From a virus (taxonomy: Duplodnaviria; Caudoviricetes): a DNA stretch of 64,000 bases. The notes under the pieces were generated by a model. That model saw only the letters and a program-made list of their open reading frames with translations. It made no database searches and had not been told where the DNA came from. This document shows positions 8,595 to 18,201 of this stretch, piece after piece. The stretch's first letter is position 1. Every line of letters starts with the position of its first letter. Both the position numbers and the translations under genes were made by a program. The stretch spans positions 7,769 through 71,768 of IMG/VR virus record IMGVR_UViG_3300033067_001299. One strand, written 5' to 3'.

Positions 8595-9062
8595 TCAGTC
8601 TCCCATCTGAAGCTTAATGACGAACGTCTCGATCTGTTTCGCGGTCGTCGATGTGATCGAGCGGCTCGACAGGCGTAGCGCTGACGAGCTGTCGGTCAGC
8701 CCGATGTCGCCGTCCACTCTCGGATACAGGCTGCTGTCTCCGAGATCGTCCTCCCACTTCCAGTGCCAGCGGAACCACGAAGCGGTCCCGCTCGCGATCC
8801 CTTTCAGAACCCACGATCCGAAGTTCATCAGGCCGCCCGGCTCGATGAACTGCAACATCAGCCCTGCGCCGTTCGGGTCGTCGAACGGCACGAACACCTT
8901 TCCGTCCGTCGTGATGTTGCCGATATGTGTCGAGCTGGGAGCGAGATCGGGAGACGCCGGAGGTATGCCGCCGTACACACGTATGACGCCTCCGTTCATC
9001 ATCGCGCCGAGACCGTACTCTGCGGCGAGCGCGTTGCGAAGCCCGGTGCTGAACCTGAGCAT
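8595..9062 (-). CDS. virion structural protein, paralog of 9068..9511
   Basis: MLRFSTGLRNAL...GGVIRVYGGIPPASPD parallels MSLSVSTGLRAG...GGLIKVFSGTPPASAD. Confidence 0.6.
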   Translation of the reverse strand: MLRFSTGLRNALAAEYGLGAMMNGGVIRVYGGIPPASPDLAPSSTHIGNITTDGKVFVPFDDPNGAGLMLQFIEPGGLMNFGSWVLKGIASGTASWFRWHWKWEDDLGDSSLYPRVDGDIGLTDSSSALRLSSRSITSTTAKQIETFVIKLQMGD

Positions 9063-9067
9063 GTCGG

Positions 9068-9511
9068 TTACAGCGTCGGAAGCACGAAGCTGGCGGCACC
9101 GAGAACGCGCGCGTTCGTGGCGGCATCGGTCACGAACGTGGTGCTGCTCAACACCATGTCGCTCGTCGCCGACACCCCTACCGAACCCTGGATTCTCGGC
9201 TCGGTGGTGGAGAGCGCGCCGGTGTCGGCCGATCCGATGACTCGGAAGTAGGTGGCCGTTCCGGCGGTGGTCGCGCCCTGCCAGACCGCGCCGCCAGCTT
9301 TGCTGATCTCGCCGCTCGCCGATGTCCAGGTCAGGCCGGTGCCAGCGCCGTTGGCCGATATAGTCCACAGCACGGTTCCGGTCTGCGCCGCGTCTGCGCT
9401 CGCTGGTGGTGTGCCTGAAAAAACCTTGATCAGACCGCCGTCGAGCAACTCCTTCGCGCCGGACGAGTTCATCATGCCGGCTCGAAGGCCGGTGGAAACG
9501 CTCAGAGACAT
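9068..9511 (-). CDS. virion structural protein
   Basis: 147 aa, S/T/G/A-rich; paralogous to the neighbouring gene. Confidence 0.6.
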   Translation of the reverse strand: MSLSVSTGLRAGMMNSSGAKELLDGGLIKVFSGTPPASADAAQTGTVLWTISANGAGTGLTWTSASGEISKAGGAVWQGATTAGTATYFRVIGSADTGALSTTEPRIQGSVGVSATSDMVLSSTTFVTDAATNARVLGAASFVLPTL

Positions 9512-9515
9512 GCTA

Positions 9516-9719
9516 TCACCATTTGCCCAAAGGGCATGAACCGAACAGAACTTTCGTGGCTATCGGGCAACCGCACGCGCCACACCTGAGATAACCCATC
9601 TTGAAAAGATCGGAGTAGAGAAGCTCTTTCATCTCGCAGCCGTCGCACGCCTTTTTCCTGTACGATAAAGACTTGATATCGTCTACATGTTCCGATCTGC
9701 CGTTGTATTTCAAACGCAT
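9516..9719 (-). CDS. small Cys-rich (zinc-binding) protein
   Basis: CxxC...CxxCxC...CP pattern. Confidence 0.5.
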   Translation of the reverse strand: MRLKYNGRSEHVDDIKSLSYRKKACDGCEMKELLYSDLFKMGYLRCGACGCPIATKVLFGSCPLGKW

Positions 9720-10192
9720 TCTTCAATGCAGTCAACGTACTGCATCCAGCAAGAGCAATCGATTGAATCGAAAAACTCTATTTTTGTTATCGTGTACGAC
9801 ATTGTGCTCCTTCCGCTGAATCTTATAAACCACAAGTCTCCCAAATGAGAGTTTCCACCATCTATAAATATTCCATCCTGTATCTCGTTGTTTCCGCTTG
9901 ACAGTGCAAAATTAAGAACGCTGACGTTTATATCCCAATTATAAGAATAAGAACTGTCTGCAACATACGCAGCAAGATCATCGGTGTTTCCTTGTGCTCC
10001 ACTCGAAACGCTTACGGTAAATCTCCAGTAATCCGGCCTCTGTCCGTCCATCCATCCATCCTTGAAGAACTGCCTTATCGCGTTCGTAGAATAAACACTA
10101 TCTGGAACCCACGATGTTCCGCTCCAAGAGCCTTGCCTGCCAGAGTTTGTTTGATCCCAGTAAGAAACGTCTGTCGCATCTATCCACGGCAT
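9710..10192 (-). CDS. hypothetical protein (low GC)
   Basis: 160-aa ORF with an AT-rich codon pattern. Confidence 0.55.
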   Translation of the reverse strand: MPWIDATDVSYWDQTNSGRQGSWSGTSWVPDSVYSTNAIRQFFKDGWMDGQRPDYWRFTVSVSSGAQGNTDDLAAYVADSSYSYNWDINVSVLNFALSSGNNEIQDGIFIDGGNSHLGDLWFIRFSGRSTMSYTITKIEFFDSIDCSCWMQYVDCIEECV

Positions 10193-10204
10193 CTTCCGGT
10201 TCCT

Positions 10205-12754
10205 CTATGGGTAAAACAGCGATTCGAATCTCGGAGTCGGGAACGCGAGATAGATCGGTGTTCCTAATCCGCCGTCCGTCAGGTTCAAGAACGTGTTGTC
10301 GAAGCACGAGTAAAATAACGGGAACATTCCGACGATATCTTCGCCTGACAGCGCGACGCCTATAGGAAAACCCGTCGTGAACTGCCACCCGACAGGAGAC
10401 GGATGGCTTAACATCATCTCGAACTCTGGAATGACGTCGACCTTCCTGAACTTGAAATAAAAGTCTTCTTCGGAAAGAGTTTTGCCGAACGCCTCGTTCA
10501 TCAGCGCGACGTGCGTCGTGGACTTGCTCTCGGAGTCGTCTAACCGGACGACGTCTATCACGCACTGCTCGAAGTTGTCCGGTATTTCTTCCGAGTAGTT
10601 TACGACCGAACGCTGGCAGGCGAAAGGACCGCTGAAGATCGACCACGACCCGCTCGGATGCGCGTGGATAGCCCGGCCTGGAGCGGTCGATAGCGTAGCA
10701 CACGTCTGTCCGAAGATGCGGCTCGCCATCACGATGCCATACGGGTATCCCGAGAACGATTGGCTTCCTGGCTCCCACTCACCGAACCCGGTCTTGGTCC
10801 ACCGCATCCCGGGCCTCACGTTCGGATACCCGTCGAAGAACGAGTATATGGCCGGGTAGTAGACTCTGGCGTGACCGGAGAACAGCGGGCAGTTCGCGTA
10901 TACCGAATACGACACCGAGAGAGGAAACTCGGCCACTCCGCTCGCGATGCTGCCGTTGAAGTACGCTCTCGCGAGCGTTGACGAGAGCGTCCTCTCATCG
11001 GTCGGATGACCGTCGCGCACCGTTAGCGTCGCGGCGTCGCACGTCTTGCCTCCTACCGACGCGGTGCCGTAATACAGGTAGTCGAGCGTCGCGTTCGGGT
11101 AAATCCTGTCCGCGCTATCGATGTCCGGGTGATCGGAGGTCATGTCTAGATAGCTGGCGACGATGGGCTTCAGGAACGGGTATCCGATGGTCTTCTCGGT
11201 CTTGATCTCGTTCCACACGATCACTCGGTTGAGATTGACCTCGCAACCATAGACGTATCCTCCAGATTTTGGAGTGGCTCCTAGAGTCGCGATGACAGCG
11301 CTCAGAGATACGGCGCACGCCGACAGATCGACGGAGTTGATGTGCGCGATGAACGAGAAGTTGTTGTCGTACCACGTCTCGTCGAACGGCACGTCCGGTA
11401 TTTCTTCGAGCAGCGGGTAGAACGGCCTCGGCTCCTGATAGTATCCGACGGTGCGCTCTGTCGGAAACACTGCGTAGTACGCGAGCCATCGGCGCACCTC
11501 GGAGAACGAACCGCCGACGACGGACTGTTTGGTGATTTTGGCGATGGCAGAGAACGACGGTCGCTGCGGTATCTTCCATCCTCCATCGGGATCGATTGGA
11601 GGGCTTAACGCGCTTATGCCGATCTCGTGATCGACCGAGCATCTAATGTTGCTGGTGTAGAACTCGTATTCGAGCATCAGCAGATCGTTCGTCGAGATGC
11701 CGTCCATGTCTCTGACCGCGTAGCCGACCGCTATCGGATACCGGCCCGAATCGACGCAGTAGATCGACTGCGCGATGCCGACCGAGAAGTCGAAATCCTC
11801 TGGGTCTGGTCCTGTGATCTCTATCGAGAATGACACCTCGACCATTCCGGGGTAGTCCTCTCGAACCTCGTGCAGAAACGATCCAGACGATAGGTAAGCA
11901 GACGACGTGTATGTCTCGTCTCCCCACGCGATCTCTCGTCTCGCCACGATACACGCCGCTCGCGTACCGTCGCCGCAGAACTCCCATCGCGGCCTGATCC
12001 TGGAGAGCTGGCCGCGCAGATTGACGTCCGAGACGTCAGACCCGAGCGGCTCCAGGTTGACCCAAGAAGGCCACGGACACTCGTCGCTCTTGATGATTTC
12101 TGCCGGTATGTTGTTCTCGTTATAACCAGTTCCGGTTTCTGAGCCGAGCGGGAAGCAGTGGAACGCGCTGTCTACGTCTGCGACGATGACGAACAGACGA
12201 TTTTCCACCTTCCGCAGACAGCCTCGCTGCCACCAGTCTGACTCGAACCGCTTGTACTCGCCTTTCTTTTTCTCGAACACGACGGGAGGATAGTCGAAAC
12301 CGATATCAGCGCTAGCCCATCTCGGCGCTGGAGTCGAGCTTCCGCTAAATCGTGTCAGCGCGTGGCACGGCCACGATTGAGACCACTGCGATATCATCCA
12401 CGGATAGGTCTTTCGCTTCTTGCCGGCCGAGATCATGTGAAACTGGCTAACTCCTTGACCGTCAGGCTGATGCGCTGGATTGACTGTCAGGTAGTCGTTC
12501 GTGTTTCTCGGATCAGGGTCGTACAACCACTCGTCTGACGGTGGAATCTCGGCGCTCGACACGAGCGGAACGGCCTTGAACTTTTTGTTGAACGTCGCCT
12601 TGACCGCGTAGACGAGCGGCATGTAGCGTAACTCTGGGAGATAATCGTCCTCGTAAGTCTGATATCGGTACGGCCCGGTTCCGATGAACTGGTAGCCGGT
12701 CTCTCCGAGCGACCACCTGATGCCGCTAATATCTCGAAAGCCGTGTCCGCTCAA
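10205..12754 (-). CDS. large tail-associated protein
   Basis: 849-aa ORF coupled to tail genes; no recognisable family. Confidence 0.5.
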   Translation of the reverse strand: MSGHGFRDISGIRWSLGETGYQFIGTGPYRYQTYEDDYLPELRYMPLVYAVKATFNKKFKAVPLVSSAEIPPSDEWLYDPDPRNTNDYLTVNPAHQPDGQGVSQFHMISAGKKRKTYPWMISQWSQSWPCHALTRFSGSSTPAPRWASADIGFDYPPVVFEKKKGEYKRFESDWWQRGCLRKVENRLFVIVADVDSAFHCFPLGSETGTGYNENNIPAEIIKSDECPWPSWVNLEPLGSDVSDVNLRGQLSRIRPRWEFCGDGTRAACIVARREIAWGDETYTSSAYLSSGSFLHEVREDYPGMVEVSFSIEITGPDPEDFDFSVGIAQSIYCVDSGRYPIAVGYAVRDMDGISTNDLLMLEYEFYTSNIRCSVDHEIGISALSPPIDPDGGWKIPQRPSFSAIAKITKQSVVGGSFSEVRRWLAYYAVFPTERTVGYYQEPRPFYPLLEEIPDVPFDETWYDNNFSFIAHINSVDLSACAVSLSAVIATLGATPKSGGYVYGCEVNLNRVIVWNEIKTEKTIGYPFLKPIVASYLDMTSDHPDIDSADRIYPNATLDYLYYGTASVGGKTCDAATLTVRDGHPTDERTLSSTLARAYFNGSIASGVAEFPLSVSYSVYANCPLFSGHARVYYPAIYSFFDGYPNVRPGMRWTKTGFGEWEPGSQSFSGYPYGIVMASRIFGQTCATLSTAPGRAIHAHPSGSWSIFSGPFACQRSVVNYSEEIPDNFEQCVIDVVRLDDSESKSTTHVALMNEAFGKTLSEEDFYFKFRKVDVIPEFEMMLSHPSPVGWQFTTGFPIGVALSGEDIVGMFPLFYSCFDNTFLNLTDGGLGTPIYLAFPTPRFESLFYP

Positions 12755-13851
12755 CTCTCGGTCGCTCCAGGATACTCGCGCTTGATCTTATCGATCAGAG
12801 CCGACTTGTCGACTTCCACGAAGGCGTTGCGCCACGTCCTGTTGTACTTGCTCCTGGAGAAGTCTTCCGCGCTGGTGGCCCTCGCTCCGCCAGGAGGATC
12901 GGCGAACTGGATCTCGTATTTCGGCTGGTACGTCCGGCTGCCGAAATAGGGCTGCTCCCAGTCGAAGTGGCCGGAGCCGCCGTTGTTGAAGTCCCGGTAG
13001 CGCAACGTGCCGGTGCTGTTCACCTCGACGATCAGGTGGACGCGCTCGTCGACGAAGCTGTTTCCTCCATCGACGGTGTCGGACACGCTCGGAAACTCTC
13101 CGTCGTCAGGGTAGTCGTCGCGCTGGTCGCCGATCTTGTGCTTGTTGCCCTGGTAGGTGGACTCCCAGTTCGGCGGGAACTCCCAAACGCCCTTCGGGTC
13201 CAGCACGATCTTGCTCGACACGCGGGCGTACTCGATCCACTCCGGCGAAGATCCGATGTCCAGCTCCATGTCGAGCGTCGCGAACCCGATCTCGTTGTAG
13301 GCGAACAGCGTGCCGAGCGAGAACGATACTCCCGATCCAGCGCTGAAGATCCTGCGGTCCAGCACTTCCGGCTTGTAGTATACGAGCTGGTAGATCGCCT
13401 CGTAGCTCACGGAAGCCGCCCCGTATACCGGCATCCCGTCGTCCGTCACCACCGATCCGGTCTCCTGATCGTAGACAAGTCCGACTGTCACGCGCTCGAA
13501 GAAGCGTCTGCCGTTCAGCGTCGTCTCGCGCATGAACAGCGACCTTCCGGCGTCGATGGTCACGCCAGTCGCGTTCGGGTACTTCAGTTGCGCGCTCGCG
13601 CTTCCGGTGAAGGTGACGCCCTCTCCGTAGACGATCTGCGGCAGGTACTCGCCGGCATTGGCGGTGCCTACCGACGAGATGTACTCCATCGGGAAGTTTA
13701 GGTAGCTTTCCGGGACGGTGAAGAAGCATCTCGCGACCAGCTCGCCGCGAAAGTTGAAGCGCTTCACCATCTGTTCGAGCACGATGCGACCGCCGTCCGA
13801 CCTCTCCGATCCGAAGTTTACGGACAGCGAAGCGAGAGCGGCCTCGGCCAC
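12751..13851 (-). CDS. tail-associated protein
   Basis: 366-aa ORF in the tail operon. Confidence 0.5.
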   Translation of the reverse strand: MAEAALASLSVNFGSERSDGGRIVLEQMVKRFNFRGELVARCFFTVPESYLNFPMEYISSVGTANAGEYLPQIVYGEGVTFTGSASAQLKYPNATGVTIDAGRSLFMRETTLNGRRFFERVTVGLVYDQETGSVVTDDGMPVYGAASVSYEAIYQLVYYKPEVLDRRIFSAGSGVSFSLGTLFAYNEIGFATLDMELDIGSSPEWIEYARVSSKIVLDPKGVWEFPPNWESTYQGNKHKIGDQRDDYPDDGEFPSVSDTVDGGNSFVDERVHLIVEVNSTGTLRYRDFNNGGSGHFDWEQPYFGSRTYQPKYEIQFADPPGGARATSAEDFSRSKYNRTWRNAFVEVDKSALIDKIKREYPGATES

Positions 13852-13852
13852 G

Positions 13853-14836
13853 TCACGACTCCACGAAGAACATCAGCGAGCGCGCCTGCGACGAGAACGC
13901 GGAAGCTCCAGCCGGAACCACGCGCTTCTCCAGGATCGGCAAAGCTGGAGGAACGGTGGTGATCACCACCGTGTCGTTCGCGGCAAACGTGCCGCCCCAG
14001 CAGGTAGGAGCGACCGAGAAATAGCTCGCGCCCTTGCTCACGTTGGTCGGCGCGTAGGTGGCGTCGGTGGTGCCTCCAGCCAGCGAGATGCCGGCGTCCG
14101 AGGCCACGGTGAACGCCGTCGCGCTCGTGAAGGTGAAGGTCAGCACCTGATAGATCGAGCCGATGTTGCCGACGGTCATGTAGCCTTCTGCGAAGGTGCC
14201 CGACAGGCTGGTGACGACCTTGCCGGCCGTGGTTCCGGCCAGCCCGGTGGTCCCGATCAGCGAGGCCACGTAGGTGTTCGCGCTGCTGTAGTCGTTCGCC
14301 AGATAGCCGGAGATGGTGATCGTAACCACGTCGCCAGACACCGACGGCGTTCCGGTGATGGTGTGGATCTCGGCCGTGCCGCCAGTTCCGAGCGCGGTCT
14401 CGTTGCTGATGCGGATGGTGTCGCCGGCGCGGAAGATGATGACGGTCCCGTCCTCGACCAGAACCTCGAACTGGTTCGATCCGGCAGTCTCGCTCGTGTT
14501 GAGCTTGCCGCACCCGTACAGGTTCGGGCTGCCGAACGCAGACTGGATGTTGGTCTGGGTGCCGAGCGCGAGATACAGCTCGTCGTCTCCGGTCGTAGGA
14601 CGCCACAGACCGACGCGGAGAACGGACGCGGTCTCGTTGGCCGCGTTGTCCACTCGGACGAATCCCTTGCGCCACTGGATCGCGCCGGTCGTCAGGTCGG
14701 CTTCCGGCACGTTGGGCCAGAACGAGTTGCTGGAGCCGGACACCACCTCGTTCGCCGAGATGCGCCCGCCGTTGCTGCCGGTGTCGTTCACCACCGCCGA
14801 TGCGTAATAGACCAGTTCGCTGCCGACAATCGCCAT
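13853..14836 (-). CDS. virion structural protein (distal tail region)
   Basis: 327 aa, T/S/G-rich; second gene after the tape measure. Confidence 0.55.
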   Translation of the reverse strand: MAIVGSELVYYASAVVNDTGSNGGRISANEVVSGSSNSFWPNVPEADLTTGAIQWRKGFVRVDNAANETASVLRVGLWRPTTGDDELYLALGTQTNIQSAFGSPNLYGCGKLNTSETAGSNQFEVLVEDGTVIIFRAGDTIRISNETALGTGGTAEIHTITGTPSVSGDVVTITISGYLANDYSSANTYVASLIGTTGLAGTTAGKVVTSLSGTFAEGYMTVGNIGSIYQVLTFTFTSATAFTVASDAGISLAGGTTDATYAPTNVSKGASYFSVAPTCWGGTFAANDTVVITTVPPALPILEKRVVPAGASAFSSQARSLMFFVES

Positions 14837-14837
14837 A

Positions 14838-15209
14838 TCATGCCACCTGAATGAGAAAAATGGAGCCGGTGTAGTGGGTTCGGCGCGGATCGACCGGAGA
14901 GAGCCGGAGCGGTCCCGCGTCGCGCCTGAAGCGCACCGTCGCCGTGAAGGAATCGTAAATCATGGCCATGTCCTGCCGGGTCTCGGCGAGAGCGACCAGC
15001 GCGTCCACCGTGCTCGCGGACAGCCAGCACCACGGCAGCTCGGCCTCCAGCGTGATCGGGCGACCGCCGCGCTCGTTCTCCATGACGACCGGGTTGCCGG
15101 CCAGAGCGTAGCGGATGGACTGGCCGACGGGCTGCCAGTCGAGACGGTCCACCCACTCGATCTGCGACTCGTCGCGAGACGAGAACTGAACGGAACCGAG
15201 ACTTCTCAT
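14838..15209 (-). CDS. distal tail (Dit-like) protein
   Basis: MRSLGSVQF...QSIRYALAGNPVV...GRPITLE; directly after the tape measure gene. Confidence 0.55.
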   Translation of the reverse strand: MRSLGSVQFSSRDESQIEWVDRLDWQPVGQSIRYALAGNPVVMENERGGRPITLEAELPWCWLSASTVDALVALAETRQDMAMIYDSFTATVRFRRDAGPLRLSPVDPRRTHYTGSIFLIQVA

Positions 15210-17725
15210 AATGCCCTCCCGACGCCGGTCAGCAGGTTCGCCAGCGCTTCGGCCTGATCGCGGCTGCCGGACAGCCTGATCGGCGCTCGCCCGGCCACGT
15301 TTATCACGATGGGCTGAGACTCGACCAGACCGCCGCTCGCGAATCTCGGAACGCCAATCGATCCCGCGTCGAAGCGCGACATGCCTGCCGCCACGATGCC
15401 GGATCGGTTGAGCGACGACAGAAAGCCGAGTCCGAGCGAGCGCACGGCCTCCTTTCTCAGAACGAACTCCCCTGGTTCGAGCAGCGCACGTATCCGGTCG
15501 CCGCCACCGTATCCGGGTATCGGCCCGCCCCACCTGAAACCGCTGGACGGATCTCCGAGCGTCGAGCTGGTAGAAGAGCCGTCCTTGTACACGCGATTGA
15601 CGTACTGGATCGCGTCTGGCAGTTTGGTGATCGGTTCCTCGTAATCTCTGAACACGCTCTGCTTTGCCGGATCGACTTTCGTCGGAACAGTTGCAGGCGT
15701 GATCGCGTCGAACTGCTTCTGCACGTCGCTGACGACGCTCTTCACCTCGTCGCCAGGCACGTTCTGGATGCCGGCCCTGACCTCGGCTCTGTCGAGAGCG
15801 GATCGGATGTCTTCTACCGCTTTCTTATGCTTCTCGATGATGCCGACTTGGGCCTCGTAAATCTGCTTGAGCTTGTTGGCGTCGCCAGCCTCTTTGGCCT
15901 TCGCGGCAGCGTAATCGAGCTGCGCTTTCGCCTGGTCCTTCAGCGCGTCGAGCGTGCCCTGGTCTGCCTTGCCGCCGCGATCAGCCTCTTTGTTGTACCG
16001 CTCGACCGCCTCGATGGCGGAATTCCACGAGGTTCGCAGCGACTCGCTCTTGGCCGACTGCTCGAAGAACTTGCCGGCCTCTTCGGTGATGAGTCCCTGC
16101 TGGACCCATCGCTTGTACTGCTCGCTGTTGACTCCGACGAGCGAGTCTTTGTACGACTGAGCCAGCCGTATCAGGTCGGTCTCTGCGCTCGCCTGCTGCT
16201 TCGCGATCTTAAGCGTGCCGGTCTTGGCTCTCGTTTCCGATTCGAGATTGTTGATGTACTCTTTGTGGAACAGCGCTCGCGTCTGCTCTCTTTTCGTCGC
16301 TTCGTCGATCAGCAACACCTGCCTTTCGAGCGCCTTGTTCGAATCGAGTTTGTTGAAAGATTCGACAAACCTTTGAAGGGCCTGATCGATTCCGCTCGCA
16401 AAGTTCAGGTTCGCGTCTTTCCTTCCAGAAATCTTCTTGTTTATGTTTTCCTGTAGCTTCGAGTATTCTTCGTTTAAGCCTTCTATTATATTAAATAGTC
16501 TGTTTAGATTGCTTTCTGCATCAGCACCACCGGAAAGCTGAAAAGCTCTTACGGTAAACTTATTACTAACAAGCCTTTTCTGAAACTCGATCCACTTTAG
16601 ATTTAACTTGTCAATAGATAGTGATACTTCTTCGATGACTCTCCCGACCGTGTTGCCGATCACTTCTGCAAAGAACCTAATCGACGCGACAAACCCGACA
16701 ACAATCTTCGAGAAATCAATGCTCGATATCGCGTCTTCTATTGGCTGAAGCGCTTTTCTCACTTCTTCCGGTATGACCTGAAACGCGAACCTAAGATTGC
16801 GAATCAGACCAGCAGGATTGAACTCGACATTTTCAAACGATAAAGCAAATAAATCTCTCGATTTCAGGTCTTCGCTTATAGCCCTGATCTCGTCTCTGAT
16901 CGTCTTGAACGTCGCCTTGACGTCGACGACGACATCGTTCAGGTTGTTTCTGATATATAGGAGCGCGGCTCCGGCCCTGTCTATCGAGTCTCCGAACTGA
17001 TCCCATACGCCGGTATCGCCGATCTCCTTTGACAGAAGCAAAAACTCGTTCCTGACGAGCGCGAGCTTCTGATCGATGGTGAACTCTTTCTTGTCGATTA
17101 GCGGATACGCCCTGTTCCACTCCTTCGTGACCAGAACGATGGTCCTGCGCAACTCGTCGCCCGAGATGACGCCCTGCTCCATGAACTTGAACAGTTGCAG
17201 AGGCGCGATGTCGAGCGCGCGCGCGAAGTCCTGCACGGCGGTCGGCAGCGCCTCGCCCAACTGCTGGCGCAACTCTTCGGCGAAGAGCTGGTCCTTCGAC
17301 ATGATCTGCGTGAGCGCCCTGAACCCGCGCTGGAACCGGACGGCGTCGGCTCCGGTCACGCTCAGCGCGTTGCCGAGCGCCTCGAACGCTGCCTGTGTCT
17401 TCTGGCCCTCGAAATTGGTGTCGCGCGTCGCGGCGTTCAGCTCCAGGAACGCGAGCGACACCTCTTTGATCGGGATGCCGAGCTTGTTCGCAGATCCTGC
17501 CAGACGGTCGAAATAGGCGCTAGCGTTACCGGCGCTGATGGCGTTCAGGCCGCGAACCAGCTTGTCGATTTCGCGGTTCGCCTCGATGAACTGATCGACG
17601 ATGTTGAGTCCGGCGACCGCTCCGGCGAGTTGCGTCAGCGCGTTTTTGAGAGTGTTGACGCTCGCGGCCGAGTTTCCGGTGCTGACGAGCAACCGGATGA
17701 TCATGTTCAGCGAGCCAGCGGCCAT
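15206..17725 (-). CDS. tape measure protein
   Basis: 839 aa, helical; N-terminal tape-measure domain (ALTQIMSKDQLFAEELRQQLGEALP); C-terminal GG...GDRIRALLEPGEFVL motif. Confidence 0.9.
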   Translation of the reverse strand: MAAGSLNMIIRLLVSTGNSAASVNTLKNALTQLAGAVAGLNIVDQFIEANREIDKLVRGLNAISAGNASAYFDRLAGSANKLGIPIKEVSLAFLELNAATRDTNFEGQKTQAAFEALGNALSVTGADAVRFQRGFRALTQIMSKDQLFAEELRQQLGEALPTAVQDFARALDIAPLQLFKFMEQGVISGDELRRTIVLVTKEWNRAYPLIDKKEFTIDQKLALVRNEFLLLSKEIGDTGVWDQFGDSIDRAGAALLYIRNNLNDVVVDVKATFKTIRDEIRAISEDLKSRDLFALSFENVEFNPAGLIRNLRFAFQVIPEEVRKALQPIEDAISSIDFSKIVVGFVASIRFFAEVIGNTVGRVIEEVSLSIDKLNLKWIEFQKRLVSNKFTVRAFQLSGGADAESNLNRLFNIIEGLNEEYSKLQENINKKISGRKDANLNFASGIDQALQRFVESFNKLDSNKALERQVLLIDEATKREQTRALFHKEYINNLESETRAKTGTLKIAKQQASAETDLIRLAQSYKDSLVGVNSEQYKRWVQQGLITEEAGKFFEQSAKSESLRTSWNSAIEAVERYNKEADRGGKADQGTLDALKDQAKAQLDYAAAKAKEAGDANKLKQIYEAQVGIIEKHKKAVEDIRSALDRAEVRAGIQNVPGDEVKSVVSDVQKQFDAITPATVPTKVDPAKQSVFRDYEEPITKLPDAIQYVNRVYKDGSSTSSTLGDPSSGFRWGGPIPGYGGGDRIRALLEPGEFVLRKEAVRSLGLGFLSSLNRSGIVAAGMSRFDAGSIGVPRFASGGLVESQPIVINVAGRAPIRLSGSRDQAEALANLLTGVGRAL

Positions 17726-17852
17726 CGTCGTTACCTCGTCGCTCTAGATGCGGCTTTACGGTAGGCGTCAACCTCTTCCAAAGACGAGAGGAAGATGGCC
17801 CAAGGATACGTCCAGGCGGACGAGTGCCCGGCCCGGACGAGTTCTGACACGC

Positions 17853-18200
17853 TCAGTTCGAGGCTTTTTGCGGTGAGTTTTGCTCGATTTGCTTCTGTAC
17901 CTCTTTGAGCCTTTGGAGGTACTCGCCGAAAAAAACCGAGTTCAGTTCCTTCACGACGGCGGCGATCTTCTTGAGCGCTGACGGCGTCAGCCCCTCGACA
18001 TCGCCAGGTTTAAGATCTGTGAAGCGATAGATGTCGTTCACTCCGATCTCGTCGAACGACATCAGGCCGGTCAGCACGTCGAACTCTTGCTGATCGATGG
18101 CGGACGGCTCGCTGAGCCACTTTCTCACTTCGGCGACGGTCAGCTCCCTGACCGTGATTTTCTTGTCGCCGAACTCCAGCTCTCGTGTAATGGACAGCAT
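17853..18200 (-). CDS. tail assembly chaperone (G-like)
   Basis: 115 aa between tail tube and tape measure; a -1 frame continues to 17731. Confidence 0.7.
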   Translation of the reverse strand: MLSITRELEFGDKKITVRELTVAEVRKWLSEPSAIDQQEFDVLTGLMSFDEIGVNDIYRFTDLKPGDVEGLTPSALKKIAAVVKELNSVFFGEYLQRLKEVQKQIEQNSPQKASN

Positions 18201-18201
18201 C

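Noticed and set aside
9708-9725. Self-target of guide unit 4 (GAACAAACG + CATTGTTGG)
   Set aside because: Only 12 of 18 match, 10 contiguous, which is expected by chance.
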